Notes: generated by a model not told the origin, from the letters alone. A stretch of DNA of 64,000 nucleotides from Macrostomum lignano (GCA_002269645.1 NIVC01000735.1:372001-436000), one strand, 5' to 3'; numbered from the stretch's first letter, positions 1 through 16,818 are shown. Program-made: numbers and translations.

Positions 1-790
1 TTCTAGATCGGAGCTGCGGAAACCACAAGATGCCATCTCCCTTTTTAAATCGAAGCTGCGGAAACCACAAGATGCCACCTCCCTTCTAAATCGGAGCTGT
101 GGAAACCACACTATGCCATCTCTCTTTTAAATTGGAAGTGCGGAAACCACAAGATGCCATCTCCCTTTTTAAATCAGAGCTGTGGAAACCACACGATGCC
201 ACCTCCATTCTAGATCGGAGCTGCGGAAACCACACGATGCCACCTCCATTCTAGATCGGAGCTGCGGAAACCACACGATGCCACCTCCATTCTAGATCGG
301 AGCTGCGGAAACCACAAGATGCCATCTCCATTCTAGATCGGAGCTGCGGAAACCACACGATGCCATCTCCCTTTTTAAATCGAAGCTGCGGAAACCACAA
401 GATGCCATCTCCCTTTTTAAATCGAAGCTGTGGAAACCACAAGATGCCATCTCCCTTTTTAAATTGAAGCTGCGGAAACCACACGATGCCATCTCCATTC
501 TAGATCGGAGCTGCGGAAACCACAAGATGCCATCTCCCTTTTTAAATCGGAGCTGCGGAAACCACACGATGCTATCTCCATTCTAGATCGGAGCTGTGGA
601 AACCACACGATGCCATCTCCCTTTTTAAATCGAAGCTGCGGAAACCACAAGATGCCATCTCCCTTTTTAAATCGAAGCTGTGGAAACCACAAGATGCCAT
701 CTCCCTTTTTAAATCGAAGCTGTGGAAACCACAAGATGCCATCTCCCTTTTTAAATCGAAGCTGCGGAAACCACAAGATGCCACCTCCCT
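1..790. repeat. Minisatellite of about 39-42 bp units with two interspersed variants; runs off the window start
   Basis: Recurrent GCGGAAACCACAAGATGCCATCTCC followed by either CTTTTTAAATCGAAGCT or ATTCTAGATCGGAGCT. The ORFs over it are repeat translations. Confidence 0.95.
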
Positions 791-1361
791 TCACCAAATG
801 AGTATCTAAACATGCCATACCCTGCTTGTCCATGGAGTTTCATTCAACACGTAACTCTGGCTCGACACGTTGCTTAAAACACGTGTCGAACCTGCCGAGA
901 AAAGTTACTGACGAAACGGCTTGATTAAACAGCATCGAACCGTTTAAGACATGGCAGAGAGGCTTCCCATTCTGTTTGAAGCTCAGCTGTTCAGCTTTGG
1001 CTGCCCAGCTGGATCGCCCACTTCTCTGCCGCTGTGCTGCAGCAGCGCTCGCTCGCGAAGCCGCACAGAGTGAGTTTCCTTGCCGGAAAACAATAGAAAC
1101 AGAAGAGACAGCGAGGCCACCCCCCGCTGAGAAACCCAGCAGCTACCGGAATCGCCCCGACCCCGAGAGACACGTATGAGTAATCGATCCGCTGAGCTGG
1201 AACCAGCTCTCCGGCCACTGACACTCGGCCACGTCGGGTTCCCCAGCCACCCCTCGGAGCGAGGATTAAATACGGACTCCGCTGCGGCCCGTCTCATCTT
1301 GCATCTCCACTCTGTGTTCAAACGCTACTTGGGGAAATTCCAGTGCGCAAAATCAACCAGG

Positions 1362-3825
1362 ATGTCCTGCAGTCTACCGCTCCGCCTGCCAGTCCTGCTG
1401 GCCCTACTGCTCGCGCTGACCACCCTGGCCGCCGCGGCGGGCGAAGGCAGCGGCAACAGTGAAGGCCGCGACGGTCGGCGGCGCGACTCTCGCGTTCACG
1501 ACGCGCCGCCGTCGGACGCCGAGCACCACGACGATGACGATGATGGCGACGATGCCGAAGATGGCGAAGGCGATCGGGACGGAGGGCGACGGAAGCGGAG
1601 GCACGACGCGCGCTACGACCACGAGTCCTTCCTGGGTGAGTCCTGTTGATGCCACTGCTGAGTCCTTCCTTGGTGAGTCCCGATACCCTCTACCGCGCTG
1701 AGCAGAGTCCCTCTACTGACGAGTCCCTCTACTGACGAGTCCCTCTACTGACGAATCCCTCTACTGACGAGTCCCCCTACTGACGAGTCCCTCTACTGAC
1801 GAGTCCCCCTACTGACGAGTCCCTCAACTGACGAGTCCCTCTACTGAAGAGTCCCTCAACTGACGAGTCCCTCTACTGACGAGTCCCTCTACTGAAGAGT
1901 CCCTCAACTGACGAGTCCCTCTACTGACGAGTCCCTCTACTGACGAGTCCCCCTACTGACGAGTCCCCCTACTGTCTACTGACGAGTCCCTCCCTGCCCC
2001 TTCCAATACCCGAGCAGGCCGCGACGAGTCCCGCCGATTAGACGAGATGTCCCCAGAAGAGTCGCAGAAGAAGCTGGCCGAGCTGTTTGCCAAGGTGGAC
2101 AAGAACAATGATACCAAGCTGTCACTGGACGAGATGGAGGCCTGGCTGGCCGAAATCGCTCACCAGGAGCGGGAGAAGCAGGCAGAGTCCCGCTTCCACA
2201 GCATCAAGGCCGCCATCTCGGCCAAGGATATGAACTCTTCGCTCAGCCTGTGAGTGCTCAGCCCTGACTGCTGAGATAACATTGAAGGCCCAATCTGATC
2301 TTTATTCTGTGATCTTTGCCCCCTTTCCACCCTTTGTCTACCCTCTCCTCACCCTCTCTACCCTCTCTACCCTCTCTACCCTCTCTACCCTCTCTACCCT
2401 CTCCTCACCCTCTCTACACTCTACCATCTCTACCCTCTATGTACCCGCATCGGCAGGGAGGATTGGAAGAAGGCGATGCATCACGAGGTGATCGGCGACG
2501 AGCCGGCCGACAAAGAGACGGAGGCCACATTCGCCCAGACGATGGCAAAGGATGCGGCGCGCTGGGTGAAGGCGGACGCCAACGCCGACAAGAAGCTGGA
2601 CAAGGCGGAGTTTGCCGACTTCATGTTCGCCGAGCACTCGCCGCGGATGAAGGACGTGGTGGTGCAGGAGGCGCTGAACGCGTCCGACGTGAACCGGGAC
2701 GGCCGGATCGACCTGGCTGAGTACATGCGCGAGCTCTTCCCCGACTACGAGAAGGAGAAGCGGGAAGGCAAGAAGCTGCCCAAGTGGGTGGTCAAGGAGG
2801 AGGAGTTCTTCAAGGTGAGAATCGCTGCGCTCCAGCAACTGCTGCTCCGGGCTGCGGCGCCGCTTACTCCTCTGCCACAGAAATCTATGACGCCTTCACA
2901 CTCTTGCAGATGAACCTGGACCTCAACAAGGACGGCTCCCTGGATGCTGATGAGGTGTACAAGTGGATTGTGCCGGAAGACATCGACCACTCCAAGAGGG
3001 TGAGGGCAGCTGATCATGTTTCTCACCCTCTCTCCCGAGTCTCACCCTCTCTACCAAGTCTCACCCCCTCTCCCGAGTCTCACTCTCTCTCCTGAGTCTC
3101 ACCCTCTTTCCCGAGTCTCACCCTCTCTCCAGAGTCTCACCCTCTCTCCTCTCTACCGAGTCTCACCCTCTCTACTGAGTCTCACCCTATCTACCGAGTC
3201 TCACCCTCTCTACTGAGTCTCACCCTCTCTACCGAGTCTCACCTTCTCTACCGAGTCTCACTCTCTCTCCCGAGTCTCAACCTCTCTCCCGAGTCTCACC
3301 CTCTGTCCCGAGTCTCACCCTCTCTACCGAGTCTCACCCCCTCTCCCGAGTCTCACTCTCTCTCCTGAGTCTCACCCTCTTTCCCGAGTCTCACCCTCTC
3401 TCCAGAGTCTCACCCTCTCTCCTCTCTACCGAGTCTCACCCTCTCTACTGAGTCTCACCCTCTCTCCAGAGTCTCACCCTCTCTCCTCTCTACCGAGTCT
3501 CACCCTCTCTACCGAGTCTCACCCTCTCTCCCGAGTCTCACCCTATGTCCCGAGTCTCACCCTCTCTACCGAGTCTCACCCTCTCTTCCGAGTCTCACCC
3601 TCTCTCATCTCATCTTCTTCATCGGATCTCATCTTCTCTATCGAATCTCACTCTCTCAATTCAATTTGAAATTTCCAGGAATCCAAGCACCTGTTTGAAG
3701 CGGCCGACGAAGACAGGGACAAATTTCTGAGCAAGGACGAGGTGATGAAGAACTGGGAGACTTTCGTCGGCCACCGGGCCACCCACTATGGCGAATTCGC
3801 GCCCAGCAGCCACGACGAGCTGTGA
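1362..3825 (+). CDS. CREC-family (calumenin/reticulocalbin-like) multi-EF-hand ER Ca2+-binding protein, 5 exons
   Basis: Exons 1362-1635, 2018-2249, 2457-2814, 2910-2999, 3679-3825, all GT-AG and phase-consistent. Hydrophobic signal peptide (LPVLLALLLALTTLAAA), CREC motif HESFLG-RDESRRLDEMSPEESQKKLAELFAKVD, EF-hand loops DKNNDTKLSLDE, DANADKKLDKAE, DVNRDGRIDLAE, DLNKDGSLDADE, DEDRDKFLSKDE, and C-terminal HDEL-stop. AATAAA near 3941 and 3985. Confidence 0.93.
1700..1990. repeat. 16-bp intronic minisatellite (GACGAGTCCCTCTACT)n in CREC intron 1
   Basis: Directly visible tandem array. Confidence 0.92.
3020..3660. repeat. About 19-21-bp pyrimidine-rich minisatellite (CCGAGTCTCACCCTCTCT) in CREC intron 4
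   Basis: Directly visible degenerate tandem array. Confidence 0.9.
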
Positions 3826-4709
3826 GCCGCCCGCGGGCCGCCGCTGCATTTCCTTGACTTTAATCTCGTATAGCCCAAATCCGATTAATTACTCTCTCTT
3901 TCTTGCGCCTCTCTTGGACTTTGTTTTATCCGACTCTATCAATAAAATATAATCAACTGCATATTCTAGTTGGACAAATTATGCAATAAATATTCAGAAA
4001 TGCTGCCAGCCATGCGACAGAAAAAATCTGTGTTTTTTCCAAAACTCTTCGTTTTCTACTCGTAGCTGCTACTGACAGTAGAATTTCAGCGCATGTTTTT
4101 TTCTAAATAAAAATTCAACTGCGCAAATCAGCTAGAAACGCTTGGCAACAATCTGCAATGCGCTGCATGACTTCGGGCCAAACCAGGCCCGCCCTCCGCC
4201 TCTCAAATCCCATCTGTCTTACTTTTATTTTCCCTTCAAGCATTCTGCAGCCTCCCCTACAGCGGATCTTCCCGAACAGCCACCGATGCCATTTAGCAAT
4301 ATCCCCCCTCAGATGCTCGCATCCGCCTCCCGCTCTCCTAGAAGCAGACACTCTGGCACTGCCAGGTATCCGAGCCGCCCCAACCCCGGCCAACGAATCC
4401 CACGGCTGTTCATCCAGCGAAGCCTCTTCGCCCATCATTGGCTGGGCCTCCCGCCCCGAGATCCGCGATCGATATTTGCGCTCGGGGGCTGGAGGCAAAA
4501 GCGCAGGCTGAAAGCAACGAAAAACCCATTGTGGGGTGTCCGGGCGCACTGGAGGGAATGGGGGGGGGGGTTGCGGCCTCGGGGATGTTCAAGTCAAAAG
4601 CGGCATGTCGCTGCTGCAGCCTCCGCACTCGCCTGCCGGGCCTCAGCCACCTACTGCTGCAGGAATCGCACAAGGGACTCGCAAAGCAGCCGGAGAACAC
4701 AGCAGCGCC

Positions 4710-7703
<2,994 letters not shown>

Positions 7704-8279
7704 AACGCACCGGCCTACTGATAGTAATAGAAACGACTGATAGAAGCTTTAGGCAACCGAAAAAACCGACTTATTTAATTTTAAAACTGAAAAAATAGTG
7801 TGTTAAGGCAATTTTTACTCACTTAAGCGGTGAAATTCACACGGCCAACCCCACCAGCGGTTCCGCGTCTCAGCTACAGACTGCATCCGCTTCTGCTACT
7901 GATCTGTCTATCCAAACCTGTACATTCACACCCGCACGCACTACTCCCTGCTAGTAGACACTGAGAACTTTTATTGCTCTATTAAATAACAATTAACTAA
8001 CTACGAGTATTTAAAGTAAATCATCCGCCGATGTAATCCGTCACGTCCCGAATGCCCCAGACTTTTCTGCTTTTCTCTTTTTCATTTGTTATGCAGTTGG
8101 CTCTACTTGTAGTAGGATGAATCGCTGGCAAACAGACACACAGGGACTGAACTAAGCAAATAAATACCAAAATAGGTTGGATTCGGTCAGCCAATTTGGT
8201 CACCTGCTTTTTGGGTTGAACTTTTGGCTAAGTAAAAACTGAAATACAGACACAGACTGGCACAGACAAACAAACACTA

Positions 8280-8644
<365 letters not shown>

Positions 8645-9111
8645 CTCCGGGGCCAACTCAGCTCAAGCGTGGCAACTCAATGAATGTCATTGAGGCACGG
8701 CAGAAACTGTTGGGAATTTCTTTAAATGGCGCGGGCTGCCAGCCGTGGGCGGAGATCCAGGCAGCAGCTGCAGAGCGCAAGCGCAACCGGGAGAAGCTCA
8801 AGTTTAAAGGGGAAGTTTTTTCTTGCCCCAAAGAGTCAAGCCTGTGAAAATTGCTCAGAGGGCATCTGGGCCAAGGCAGGCAGAGTTCCGTGACAAGCGA
8901 GTCGCAAGAGATGGGGAGTCGAAAGCAGTAAAAAAGTTTTTTCCCGATAATGTTGCTCTGTTGTCAAGGCAACCCCGAAGGCATTGTCTGCCGCCGACGC
9001 CCACGTGCGGCGCTGGCCTTAAGCCTCTGCATAAAACGGTGCGTCAGAATTCTGTAAGCTGCAATTGGCAGTCTGGAAAAATCAGTCAGAATTCTTTAAG
9101 CCGATTAAGAA

Positions 9112-12100
9112 ATGATTGCACAGCTTCTGCTGCTCTCGCTGGCCGCCTGTGGCTCCGCGCAGCTCCACTTAGGCTCGTGTGAGTTCTCACCCCACCCCCA
9201 TCTCATATGAGTTGTAATGGGCTGTCATTCCTGCCCACTGAGTCCTGCCCACTGAGTCCTGCACACTGATTCCTGCACACTGATTCCTGCCCACTGATTC
9301 CTGCCCACTGAGTCCTGCCCACTGAGTCCTGCCCACTGAGTCCTGCACACTGATTCCTGCACACTGATTCCTGCCCACTGATTCCTGCCCACTGAGTCCT
9401 GCCCACTGAGTCCTGCACACTGATTCCTGCCCACTGATTCCTGCCCACTGATTCCTGCCCACTGAGTCCTGCCCACTGAGTCCTGCCCACTGATTCCTGC
9501 CCACTGAGTCCTGCCCACTGAGTCCTGCACACTGATTCCTGCCCACTGATTCCTGCCCACTGAGTCCTGCCCACTGAGTCCTGCCCACTGATTCCTGCCC
9601 ACTGAGTCCTGCCCACTGAGTCCTGCCCACTGAGTCCTGCCCACTGATTCCTGCCCACTGAGTCCTGCCCACTGAGTCCTGCCCACTGATTCCTGCCCAC
9701 TGATTCCTGCCCACTGATTCCTGCCCACTGATTCCTGCCCACTGATTCCTGCACACTGATTCCTGCCCACTGAGTCCTGCCCACTGATTCCTGCCCACTG
9801 AGTCCTGCCCACTGATTCCTGCCCACTGATTCCTGCCCACTGATTCCTGCACACTGATTCCTGCCCACTGAGTCCTGCCCACTGAGTCCTGCCCACTGAG
9901 TCCTGCCCACTGATTCCTGCCCACTGATTCCTGCACACTGATTCCTGCACACTGATTCCTGCCCACTGAGTCCTGCCCACTGAGTCCTGCCCACTGAGTC
10001 CTGCCCACTGATTCCTGCCCACTGAGTCCTGCCCACTGATTCCTGCCCACTGAGTCCTGCCCACTGAGTCCTGCACACTGATTCCTGCCCACTGATTCCT
10101 GCCCACTGATTCCTGCCCACTGAGTCCTGCACACTGATTCCTGCCCACTGAGTCCTGCCCACTGATTCCTGCACACTGATTCCTACCCACTGATTCCTGC
10201 CCACTGATTCCTGCACACTGATTCCTGCCCACTGAGTCCTGCCCACTGATTCCTGCCCACTGATTCCTGCCCACTGATTCCTGCCCACTGATTCCTGCCC
10301 ACTGATTCCTGCCCACTGAGTCCTGCACACTGATTCCTGCCCACTGAGTCCTGCCCACTGATTCCTGCACACTGATTCCTGCCCACTGATTCCTGCCCAC
10401 TGATTCCTGCCCACTGATTCCTGCCCACTGAGTCCTGCACACTGATTCCTGCCCACTGAGTCCTGCACACTGATTCCTGCACACTGATTCCTGCACACTG
10501 ATTCCTGCACACTGATTCCTGCACACTGATTCCTGCACACTGAGTCCTGCCCACTGATTCCTGCCCACTGAGTCCTGCCCTCTGAGTCCTGCCCACTGAG
10601 TCCTGCACACTGAGTCCTGCCCACTGATTCCTGCCCACTGATTCCTGCCCACTGATTCCTGCCCACTGATTCCTACCCACTGAGTCCTGCACACTGATTC
10701 CTGCCCACTGATTCCTGCCCACTGATTCCTGCCCACTGATTCCTGCCCACTGATTCCTGCCCACTGATTCCTGCCCACTGATTCCTGCCCACTGATTCCT
10801 GCCCACTGATTCCTGCCCACTGAGTCCTGCACACTGATTCCTGCCCACTGAGTCCTGCCCACTGATTCCTGCCCACTGATTCCTGCCCACTGATTCCTGC
10901 CCACTGATTCCTGCCCACTGATTCCTGCCCACTGATTCCTGCCCACTGAGTCCTGCACACTGATTCCTGCCCACTGATTCCTGCCCACTGATTCCTGCCC
11001 ACTGATTCCTGCCCACTGATTCCTGCCCACTGATTCCTGCCCACTGATTCCTGCCCACTGATTCCTGCCCACTGAGTCCTGCACAGTTTTAATTTCCGCA
11101 TGTGTGTAGCTCGTATCAAGGACGGCTGAAGTAATCTCTATTAAGTAGTCCTTGGCTCGTATACGGAGTGGGAATCGCTCATTCAGTCAGTGGGAATCGC
11201 TCATTCAGTCAGTGGGAATCGCTCATTCAGTCAGTGGGAATCGCTCATTCAGTCAGTGGGAATCGCTCATTCAGTCAGTGGGAATCGCTCATTCAGTCAG
11301 TGGGAATCGCTCATTCAGTCAGTGGGAATCGCTTAAGCTGAAAATAGCCAGCAGTTCTGCTAAATGAAGTCACGGGCGTGCGTGTGAGAGTTGGGAGCTG
11401 CACTGAAACCAGACAGGTCTCTCGTGTTGCTGGGAAAGGAAAAGATTAGGTCCAAGCAGAATGCCAATGAAAAAGATGTCGCAGGGGTGCTGCTGATGAG
11501 CTTTGACTCCTCCTGGCACTCAATAGAGTTTCAAGAGAATGGGAATTCAGTCTGCCAAGAGAGCCTGCGGTCACGGAACCGGTCATGCGGCTAGCAATGG
11601 AGGAGGCGGCTGGCTCGCCTTATTTTGCGGGTGAATCTTGGCTCCCGCCTGCCTCAGGCCTGTCTTGTGGAATTCTAAGAATTCAAAGTTCTTTAACTAT
11701 GGAGTTCTTGATTGCCTCATTTTTGGCCCTTCACCGGAACCAGATGAGGCGTTCAGGACATTTTGTTTGCATCCCGGAACCGGATAAACCGGAACCGGAT
11801 AAACCGGAACCGGATAAACCGGAACCGGATAAACCGGAACCGGATAAACCGGAACCGGATAAACCGGAACCGGATAAACCGGAACCGGATAAACCGGAAC
11901 CGGATAAACCGGAACCGGATAAACCGGAACCGGATAAACCGGAACCGGATAAACCGGAACCGGATAAACCGGAACCGGATAAACCGGAACCGGATAAACC
12001 GGAACCGGATAAACCGGAACCGGATAAACCGGAACCGGATAAACCGGAACCGGATAAACCGGAACCGGATAAACCGGAACCGGATAAACCGGAACCGGAT

Positions 12101-14651
12101 AAACCGGAACCGGATAAACCGGAACCGGATAAACCGGAACCGGATAAACCGGAACCGGATAAACCGGAAGGCCAAGAGTCGGCAGCAACCCCAATTTCCG
12201 TCCCGCAGCCACCGGGTTCAGCGTCGGTGAGCTGGAGGAATCCGCGGACGGTTCGAACTTCGCCATCCTGAGCCGCCTGCCGGCCCGCTCGGACATCGAG
12301 TGCGCCACACTGGCCGCCGCGACGCCCGCCGCCACCGCCATCCGCTACCTGCCTCAGGAGGGCGCCTGCCTGCTGCTGAAGGCTGGCGGAAGCTCTGGAA
12401 CGGAGCAGCAGCTGCCCGCCTCCGACCAGCCTGTGCTGCGGAAGGAGTGGAACATTCCGGGTGTGCATTTTTTATCTCAACTGCCGATTTCCTTACGCTA
12501 CGTATTGTTTTCATGAGTAGCGAGACAAGAGTTCAAAGAGAAGGTCTACTACTGAAAGTATAAAGCGGTTTCCATCTCTCTGCAAATCGGCTTCCATCTC
12601 TCTGCACAATCGGCTTCCATCTCTCTGCACAATCGGCTTCCATCTCTCTGCACAATCGGCTTCCATCTCTCTGCACAATCGGCTTCCATCTCTCTGCAAA
12701 TCGGTTTCCATCTCTCTGCACAATCGGCTTCCATCTCTGCACCATCGGCTTCCATCTCTGCACAATCGGCTTCCATCTCTCTGCACAATCGGCTTCCATC
12801 TCTCTGCAAATCGACTTCCATCTCTCTGCAAATCGGCTTCCATCTCTCTGCACAATCGGCTTCCATCTCTCTGCAAATCGGCTTCCATCTCTCTGCAAAT
12901 CGGCTTCCATCTCTCTGCACAATCGGCTTCCATCTCTCTGCACAATCGGCTTCCATCTCTGCACAATCGGCTTCCATCTCTCTGCACAATCGGCTTCCAT
13001 CTCTCTGCAAATCGACTTCCATCTCTCTGCAAATCGGCTTCCATCTCTCTGCACAATCGGCTTCCATCTCTCTGCAAATCGGTTTCCATCTCTCTGCAAA
13101 TCGACTTCCATCTCTCTGCACAATCGGCTTCCATCTCTCTGCAAATCGACTTCCATCTCTCTGCAAATCGGCTTCCATCTCTCTGCACAATCGGCTTCCA
13201 TCTCTCTGCAAATCGGCTTCCATCTCTCTGTAAATCGGCTTCCATCTCTCTGCACAATCGGCTTCCATCTCTCTGCAAATCGGCTTCCATCTCTCTGCAC
13301 AATCGGCTTCCATCTCTCTGCACAATCGGCTTCCATCTCTGCAAATCGGTTTCCATCTCTCTGCACAATCGGCTTCCATCTCTCTGCAAATCGGCTTCCA
13401 TCTCTCTGCACAATCGGCTTCCATCTCTCTGCAAATCGGCTTCCATCTCTCTGCAAATCGGCTTCCATCTCTCTGCAAATCGGCTTCCATCTCTCTGCAC
13501 AATCGGCTTCCATCTCTCTGCACAATCGGCTTCCATCTCTCTGCAAATCGGTTTCCATCTCTCTGCACAATCGGCTTCCATCTCTCTGCACAATCGGCTT
13601 CCATCTCTCTGCAAATCGGCTTCCATCTCTCTGCACAATCGGCTTCCATCTCTCTGCAAATCGGTTTCCATCTCTCTGCACAATCGGCTTCCATCTCTCT
13701 GCAAATCGGTTTCCATCTCTCTGCACAATCGGCTTCCATCTCTCTGCACAATCGGCTTCCATCTCTCTGCAAATCGGCTTCCATCTCTCTGCACAATCGG
13801 CTTCCATCTCTCTGCAAATCGGTTTCCATCTCTCTGCACAATCGGCTTCCATCTCTCTGCAAATCGGCTTCCATCTCTGCACAATTGGCTTCCATCTCTC
13901 TGCACAATCGGCTTCCATCTCTGCACAATCGGCTTCCATCTCTCTGCACAATCGGCTTCCATCTCTCTGCACAATCGGCTTCCATCTCTCTGCAAATCGG
14001 TTTCCATCTCTCTGCACAATCGGCTTCCATCTCTCTGCACAATCGGCTTCCATCTCTCTGCACAATCGGCTTCCATCTCTCTGCACAATCTCCGCAGAGC
14101 CGACGCCGGAGCCCGACAGCAGCGCGGGCTTCACGGTGGTCCAGCAGCGGGGCCGCGGACTGGTGAACTTCGCCCGCAGCTGGTCTGAGTACCAGACTGG
14201 CTTCGGCGACACCGAGGAGTTCTGGCTGGGCCTCGAGACCGTCCACAACCTGACGGCCGCCAAGCCTCGGCTGCTGCGGATCGAGATGAAGCTGGTCACC
14301 GGCAGTCTGTACCGCTTCGACTACAGCAACTTCACCGTGAGCTCGGCGGCCACCATGTACACCATGAACTACGGCGCGCTGGTGGCCGCCGTCCCCTCGA
14401 ACGCCACGGCCGGGTCGCGCCTGGACATCTGCAAGGGGAAAATGTTCTCAACTGGCGACACGGACAACATCGGCGGCCCGAAGTCGTGCTCCACTGCCGG
14501 CAGCAGCTCCGGCTGGTGGTTCGACGACGACTGCCTCTGCTGCAACCCCAACGGCGTCTTCAACTCCACCGGCTCCTCCGACAATGAAGTCCGCATGTTC
14601 TGGGATGGCCTGGGCAGTGGGATCGTGAGCAGCAGGATCATGATCCGCTAG
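9112..14651 (+). CDS. Secreted fibrinogen-related domain (FReD) protein, about 290 aa, 3 exons
   Basis: Exon 1 9112-9178 is a signal peptide (MIAQLLLLSLAACGSAQ, phase-1 GTGAGT donor). Exon 2 12209-12460 has a two-Cys PAN/apple-like segment (DIECATLAA...RYLPQEGACLLL). Exon 3 14098-14651 has FReD motifs TVVQQR, NFARSWSEYQTGFG, EFWLGLE, MFSTGD, GWWF, NPNG. Joined length 873 nt, in frame. Confidence 0.88.
9228..11085. repeat. 14-bp minisatellite (CCTGCCCACTGAKT)n in FReD intron 1
   Basis: Directly visible; two variable positions per unit. Confidence 0.97.
11167..11332. repeat. 22-bp tandem repeat (GTGGGAATCGCTCATTCAGTCA), about 7 copies
   Basis: Directly visible. Confidence 0.93.
11773..12168. 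repeat. Perfect 15-bp tandem repeat (CCGGAACCGGATAAA)n, intronic
   Basis: Directly visible; ends about 40 bp before the FReD exon 2 acceptor. Confidence 0.95.
12566..14090. repeat. 21-23-bp minisatellite (AATCGGCTTCCATCTCTCTGCAC)n filling FReD intron 2
   Basis: The array runs to the acceptor (CTGCACAATCTCCGCAG). Confidence 0.97.
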
Positions 14652-14678
14652 CAGCGATTGTGGCGAGTTATTGGCTGT

Positions 14679-15925
14679 TTCAGGTGGTTCTTAGGGGTTT
14701 CAGGTGGTTCTTAGGGGTTTCAGGTGGTTCTTCAGGGTTTCAGGTGGTTCTTAGGGGTTTCAGGTGGTTATTAGGGGTTTCAGGTGGTTCTTCAGGGTTT
14801 CAGGTGGTTCTTAGGGGTTTCAGGTGGTTCTTAGAGGTTTCAGGTGGTTCTTAGGGGTTTCAGGTGGTTCTTAGGGGGTTCAGGTGGTTCTTAGGGGTTT
14901 CAGGTGGTTATTAGGGGTTTCAGGTGGTTCTTAGGGGTTTCAGGTGGTTGTTAGGGGTTTCAGGTGGTTATTAGGGGTTTCAGGTGGTTCTTCAGGGTTT
15001 CAGGTGGTTCTTAGGGGTTTCAGGTGGTTCTTAGAGGTTTCAGGTGGTTCTTAGGGGTTTCAGGTGGTTCTTAGGGGGTTCAGGTGGTTCTTAGGGGTTT
15101 TAGGTGGTTATTAGAGGTTTCAGGTGGTTCTTAGGGGTTTCAGGTGGTTGTTAGGGGTTTCAGGTGGTTATTAGGGGTTTCAGGTGGTTCTTAGGGGTTT
15201 CAGGTGGTTCTTAGGGGTTTCAGGCGGTTCTTAGGGGTTTCAGGTGGTTATTAGGTTTTACAGGTGGTTCTTAGGGGTTTCAGGTGGTTCTTAGGGGTTT
15301 CAGGTGGTTCTTAGGGGTTTCAGGTGGTTCTTCAGGGTTTCAGGTGGTTCTTCAGGGTTTCAGGTGGTTCTTCAGGGTTTCAGGTGGTTCTTAGGGGTTT
15401 CAGGTGGTTCTTAGGGGTTTCAGGTGGTTCTTAGGGGTTTCAGGTGGTTCTTAGAGGTTTCAGGTGGTTCTTAGGGGTTTCAGGTGGTTATTAGGGGTTA
15501 CAGGTGGTTATTAGGGGTTACAGGTTGGTGGTTCTTAGGGGTTGCAGGTGGTTCTTGGGGGTTACAGGTGGTTACTAGATGTTACAAGTGGTTATTAGAT
15601 GTTACAGGTGGTTATTAGATGTTACAGGTGGTTATTAGGTGTTACAGGTGGTTATTAGATGTTACAGGTTGGTGGTTCTTAGGGGTTGCAGGTGGTTCTT
15701 GGGGGTTACAGGTGGTTATTAGATGTTACAGGTGGTTATTAGATGTTACAGGTGGTTATTAGGTTTTGCAGGTGGTTATTAGATGTTACAGGTGGTTATT
15801 AGATGTTACAGGTGGTTATTAGATGTTACAGGTGGTTATTAGGTTTTACAGGTGGTTATTAGATGTTACAGGTGGTTATTAGGTGTTACAGGTGGTTATT
15901 AGATGCTTAGGTGGTTATTAGGTGT
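14679..15925. repeat. 20-bp minisatellite (CAGGTGGTTCTTAGGGGTTT)n grading into CAGGTGGTTATTAGATGTTA
   Basis: Directly visible; starts about 30 bp after the FReD stop. Confidence 0.95.
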
Positions 15926-16444
15926 TATAGATTGGCTCTTAGGGATGATAGGTTGCTCTTTGCGTTGGCGGGTGGTTCCTGGATGCTCGGAGTATTCTTT
16001 TAGGATATATGAGTGGTTCTTGGAGGGTTGCAGGGTTGGTGCTTAAGGATATCTGCAGGATTCTACTTAGAGGCAGCAGGGTTGGTCATTTTTGATGTTG
16101 AGCACAAGTTGGTGACTGCTACATGCATAGCAGGGTTGCAGAGTCGGTTCCATGGATGTCACAGGATGTCTCAGCTGTTAGGAAATTTTTTTTACAAAGA
16201 ATTCAGAAATCTGAGGATGGGACTTTAACACTTAGATTTGCACTGGGACTGCTGTCAATTAGTTGGGGAGTTTGAAAAAATACTGCACAATTCCCTCTCG
16301 ACACATACGAGTTCCCGCTGCTTCTGAAACATTGAACTGTCCCTTTTTTCTTCTACTGTCCTTCTCTCATCCTTAATATTTAGCCAGCTTATCCCAGCCT
16401 TATGAATCATTTATTGATCAGTTTTTACCCAGAGGAAGAGTTTA

Positions 16445-16818
16445 CACAAGGACCACTGTAGTAACAGGACGTAAAACTCAAAGATCATGTAATTTTTTGG
16501 AGGCCAATTTCCCGGACAAATACACTGCGAAGATAGGAAAAGACTCATTTTCATCACCAAAAATCAGTGATTGCTTTTGATCTGGGGCAGTGAAGATTAT
16601 CATTCCTTTAATTTTGAACACCCAGCAGGTTACTCTGATTGCATTTTATATGGTTATGAATACGACTGTGAGTCGTAAATACTCACAAGTGGCATTGGTA
16701 GAACTTTTTGTTTGATGATTTCTCCTATCTCCGCAGTGATTTTTTCCCAGGAAATTGGCCTCCAAAAAATACACGATATTTGAGTTTTACGTCCTGCTAT
16801 ACTACAGTGGTCCTTGTG
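16445..16818. mobile_element. MITE-like element with about 65-bp imperfect terminal inverted repeats
   Basis: Left CACAAGGACCACTGTAGTA...GGACGTAAAACTCAAA...TTTTTGGAGGCCAATTTCC matches the reverse complement of the right end GGAAATTGGCCTCCAAAAA...TTTGAGTTTTACGTCC...TACTACAGTGGTCCTTGTG. No clear TSD. Confidence 0.7.

Noticed and set aside
11585-12271. (PEPDK)n repetitive protein ORF
   Set aside because: It lies inside FReD intron 1, whose flanking exons join in phase. A 15-bp unit lacking stops gives long ORFs in several frames by construction.
14679-15500. Telomere-like repeat (contains TTAGGG)
   Set aside because: TTAGGG is embedded once per 20-bp unit rather than in a tandem hexamer array.
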